In this document: positions 61,308-64,000 of the stretch, piece by piece | Numbering within the stretch: the first letter of the stretch is position 1 | Layout: each line of letters opens with the position of its first letter | Source: Spirochaetia bacterium | GTDB taxonomy: Bacteria > Spirochaetota > Spirochaetia > UBA9216 | Reading direction: 5' to 3' | DNA: 64,000 bases | Assembly (NCBI GenBank): GCA_965140585.1 | Contig: OZ223269.1 | Location: 768,001 to 832,000 of the forward strand | Translations under genes and position numbers: made by a program | The notes under the pieces: generated by a model | What the model saw: the letters and a program-made list of their open reading frames with translations, nothing else | Databases searched by the model: none | What the model was told of the DNA's origin: nothing

Positions 61308-62135
61308 TTAAAAGTCTGTAAGGTTACCTTCTATATCGTAAATTTCTTCCAGTCCCCACTGCAGTACCGCACCGCCTATATAACCGAGCAGGCCGTACAT
61401 AATACCGTAAGACATTAAAACCATCTCAAATTCGTTGAGATCTGTAAGACTTCCTCCCGCCAGAAGAAGTATCCCGATATCTGCAGCTGTACAGGCAATT
61501 CCCAGGCTGTAGCAGCTCCACATGCCGATGCGGGTGTACTGGTTTCTTTTTGCCCTGTTATACATCAGTTTGGTAAGCTGTACTTTTTCATCTCCTTCAC
61601 CCCAGAAATATCTTTTTACATAGGTTGAAGAAGTGTCAGCTGCTCTTAGAGAATCGCTTGCGGAAGCCTGAGTTTGATTCTGATTTAAAAGTTCTCCGGC
61701 AAGCAGATTGCAGTTATCTACTAGATCATCAAGGCTGTCAAAAATCCCGGATGTATCCTTAACTATCTCAATATTGGCAACATCTATAAGCTTCATTGTG
61801 AGAATGTAGCGGCTTCCCACGCTTCCAAGGCTTCCGGTAATCACTTCATCTGCAGAAATAAGCCTTGCAATTTCTATTGCACAGGTATCATCAGTACATT
61901 CCTGATTTGTATAGGATGTACCATCAAGTGCCGACTCTCTCATGTCACGTTCAATAACTGTAATATTGTCAAAGCGATTAATAGTCGTATTAAGTAAATC
62001 AACTATAAGATTCCTTTCCTGTTCTGAAACGTTGCTGGTCTGAAAATCAATAATAGTTATTGTTTTCTGTGGTTGGCAGAATGCTGTACCAGTAAGAAAA
62101 ATAAAAGATACAAAAATCAGCAAAAGTTTTTTCAT
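61308..62135 (-). CDS. Secreted protein with CsgG/HfaB-like N-domain and C-terminal hydrophobic helices
   Basis: Signal peptide; VIER, CTDDTCAIEIA, ITGSLG, MKLIDV pattern. Confidence 0.65.
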   Translation of the reverse strand: MKKLLLIFVSFIFLTGTAFCQPQKTITIIDFQTSNVSEQERNLIVDLLNTTINRFDNITVIERDMRESALDGTSYTNQECTDDTCAIEIARLISADEVITGSLGSVGSRYILTMKLIDVANIEIVKDTSGIFDSLDDLVDNCNLLAGELLNQNQTQASASDSLRAADTSSTYVKRYFWGEGDEKVQLTKLMYNRAKRNQYTRIGMWSCYSLGIACTAADIGILLLAGGSLTDLNEFEMVLMSYGIMYGLLGYIGGAVLQWGLEEIYDIEGNLTDF

Positions 62136-62277
62136 TTTAAATCCTATTCTATATTTAATATTAGTAATGCAATTATTATATCAATACAGAGAATGTTGTC
62201 CATTGGAAATAAAAATTAGACTTACTGCATTTGCGCTTAATATTGTAATAAGATTGAAATACGAATAGAATAAACAT

Positions 62278-62979
62278 ATGCTGAATGACAGAGCCGTAAA
62301 AATAAAAAACAACATTGAAAAAATCAATGAAGATATTTCAAAAGCAGCAGATGGCGCAGGTCGTAAATCATCTGCAGTTAGATTGATGGCTGTTTCCAAA
62401 ACTAAGCCCATTGAAGATCTGCTTGCTGCATACGAGGCCGGACATCGGCTTTTCGGAGAAAACAGAATTCAGGAAATAATCGAAAAAAAGCCATTACTCC
62501 CGTATGATCTTGAACTTCATATGATTGGCCATCTTCAGAGTAATAAGGCAAAAGCTGCAGCAGAGAACGTTGACTGTGTACAGTCAATTGATAAACTCAA
62601 TACGGCGCGTGAGCTGAATAAAAAGGCTGTATCAACGGGTAGAAAAATTGATTATCTTATTGAAATAAACACCTCCGGAGAATATTCAAAAGACGGTTAT
62701 GACAGTTTTAAATCTGTACAATCCGATATTGAGCAGTACCTTGAGCTTGAGATGCTTAATCTCAGAGGATTTATGACAATCGCGCCCTTTACCGATGATA
62801 CGGCAGCAATCAGAAAATCTTTCAGAACGCTGTTTGAATATTATGAAAAAATAAAAACAGAACTCAAGCTTGATTCGTTTGATACACTTTCTATGGGGAT
62901 GTCGTCTGATTTTAATATTGCCATAGAAGAGGGAAGTACTCTTATTCGGATCGGAACTGCCATTTTCGGAGGCCGATAA
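62278..62979 (+). CDS. yggS: PLP homeostasis protein
   Basis: AVSKTK, FGENRIQE, HMIGHLQSNK, LSMGMSSD, RIGTAIFG. Confidence 0.95.
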   Translation: MLNDRAVKIKNNIEKINEDISKAADGAGRKSSAVRLMAVSKTKPIEDLLAAYEAGHRLFGENRIQEIIEKKPLLPYDLELHMIGHLQSNKAKAAAENVDCVQSIDKLNTARELNKKAVSTGRKIDYLIEINTSGEYSKDGYDSFKSVQSDIEQYLELEMLNLRGFMTIAPFTDDTAAIRKSFRTLFEYYEKIKTELKLDSFDTLSMGMSSDFNIAIEEGSTLIRIGTAIFGGR

Positions 62980-62988
62980 GTTTACTAT

Positions 62989-63405
62989 ATGAAGTTATTG
63001 ATAAAAAAAACAACTGTTTTACTTCTGATTATATCTTTACTAAGCATCAATTTCCTGTCATGTACAAGTATCGATGACAGCGATGAGGTGATTTCCGAAA
63101 AGGAACAGGAGCCCGAAGCTTATTCCGACGAGGAATTTCCGGGATGGCTTAATGATCTGCGAAGAGCTGAAATAATCTTTGCAGGGACAATTCCTCTGTC
63201 TGTACTTCTGTCCAGCCTTGGATACAGCGTATACAGAACTGTCACTGACAACAGTGATTCCGGTACAGATGCGTTCAGCAGCTTTCTCTCATCATCTGAC
63301 CTAACTAATGATGAAAATATGCAGATTATGACTATAAGCCTCGGGCTGTCGGCAACAGCCGCTCTTGCTGATTTTATTATCGGACTGTTTGATAAAGATG
63401 AGTAA
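62989..63405 (+). CDS. Hypothetical membrane lipoprotein
   Basis: Lipobox-like FLSC; Y...EFP.W..DLRR.EII motif; two hydrophobic helices. Confidence 0.7.
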   Translation: MKLLIKKTTVLLLIISLLSINFLSCTSIDDSDEVISEKEQEPEAYSDEEFPGWLNDLRRAEIIFAGTIPLSVLLSSLGYSVYRTVTDNSDSGTDAFSSFLSSSDLTNDENMQIMTISLGLSATAALADFIIGLFDKDE

Positions 63406-64000
63406 ATCATTCAATTTTACAGTTCCGGATATCAGCAGACCTGAAAGAGTTGATATACTTATAACCGATCTCGATAAAAATCTCAGTAGAAGCAGCCTTA
63501 AAAACAGGATTGAGACCCTAAGGTGCAATGGGAATGATATTAAACTTTCCCGGAAAGTACAGACCGGAGATTTAATTTTCTATGAACTTACCGATGAGGT
63601 TTCTACAGAATTCAAGGCAGAAAAAATTGATTTTGATATAATTTATGAAAACGAGAATGTGATTGTAATAAACAAACTAGCGGGTATGGTAGTACATCCC
63701 GCTGCTGGTAACTATACAGGTACGCTTGCACAGGGGCTAAAGTATTATCTTTCCGAAACTGACAGCGATTTTACTGAGGAAGATACAAGGCCCGGTATTG
63801 TCCATCGGCTTGATAAGGATACCTCGGGTATTCTGATTACCGCTAAAAACACTTCATCACTGCATTTTCTCTCGGATGAGTTTCGTGAAAGAAGAGCAAG
63901 GAAGACGTATCTGGCCGTCATTCACGGAAAACTTCCCGCCATTAAAGGCGAAATTAAGACATTGATAAACAGAGACAGGAATGACAGAAAAAAAATGACT
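63398..64000 (+). CDS. rluD: RluA/RluD-family pseudouridine synthase, 3'-truncated (not in ORF track)
   Basis: ATG 63398 MSKSFNF...; S4-like start, INKLAGMVVHPAAGN, RPGIVHRLDKDTSG. Confidence 0.92.
   Translation, partial: MSKSFNFTVPDISRPERVDILITDLDKNLSRSSLKNRIETLRCNGNDIKLSRKVQTGDLIFYELTDEVSTEFKAEKIDFDIIYENENVIVINKLAGMVVHPAAGNYTGTLAQGLKYYLSETDSDFTEEDTRPGIVHRLDKDTSGILITAKNTSSLHFLSDEFRERRARKTYLAVIHGKLPAIKGEIKTLINRDRNDRKKMT

Overview
Bacterial chromosomal segment, most likely from a free-living anaerobic spirochaete (inferred from protein families, not from a search). Core blocks: glgA (partial), an Isf / Pta(Ptb)-Buk fusion / HAD / CxxCxxCC operon, an ODP-soluble chemoreceptor pair, gcvT-H-PA-PB, corA-DUF432-mscS, Fur/PerR-rubrerythrin, tRNA-Asn, mfd-trmB, gltA, pdhABC (no E3), two tandem EF-G paralogs, tRNA-Val, yggS and rluD (partial). 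Downstream of tRNA-Asn is a ~9 kb accessory patch (three GGDEF genes, an ABC-2 exporter, a regulator) in which four genes appear broken by single lesions. The centre is a compact Mo-nitrogenase locus: modABC <- -> nifV, sigma54 activator, nifH-nifI1-nifI2-nifD-nifK-nifE-nifN-nifB, 2Fe-2S ferredoxin. The main finding is regulatory. The activator looks AnfA/VnfA-like (N-terminal Cys motif, AnfA-type HTH). The modA, nifV and nifH sigma54 promoters carry six TAC-N6-GTA palindromes and no canonical NifA TGT-N10-ACA site. Two of these form an enhancer placed symmetrically between the divergent modA and nifV promoters, and nifV appears to be leaderless. No integrase, transposase, CRISPR array or rRNA was seen.
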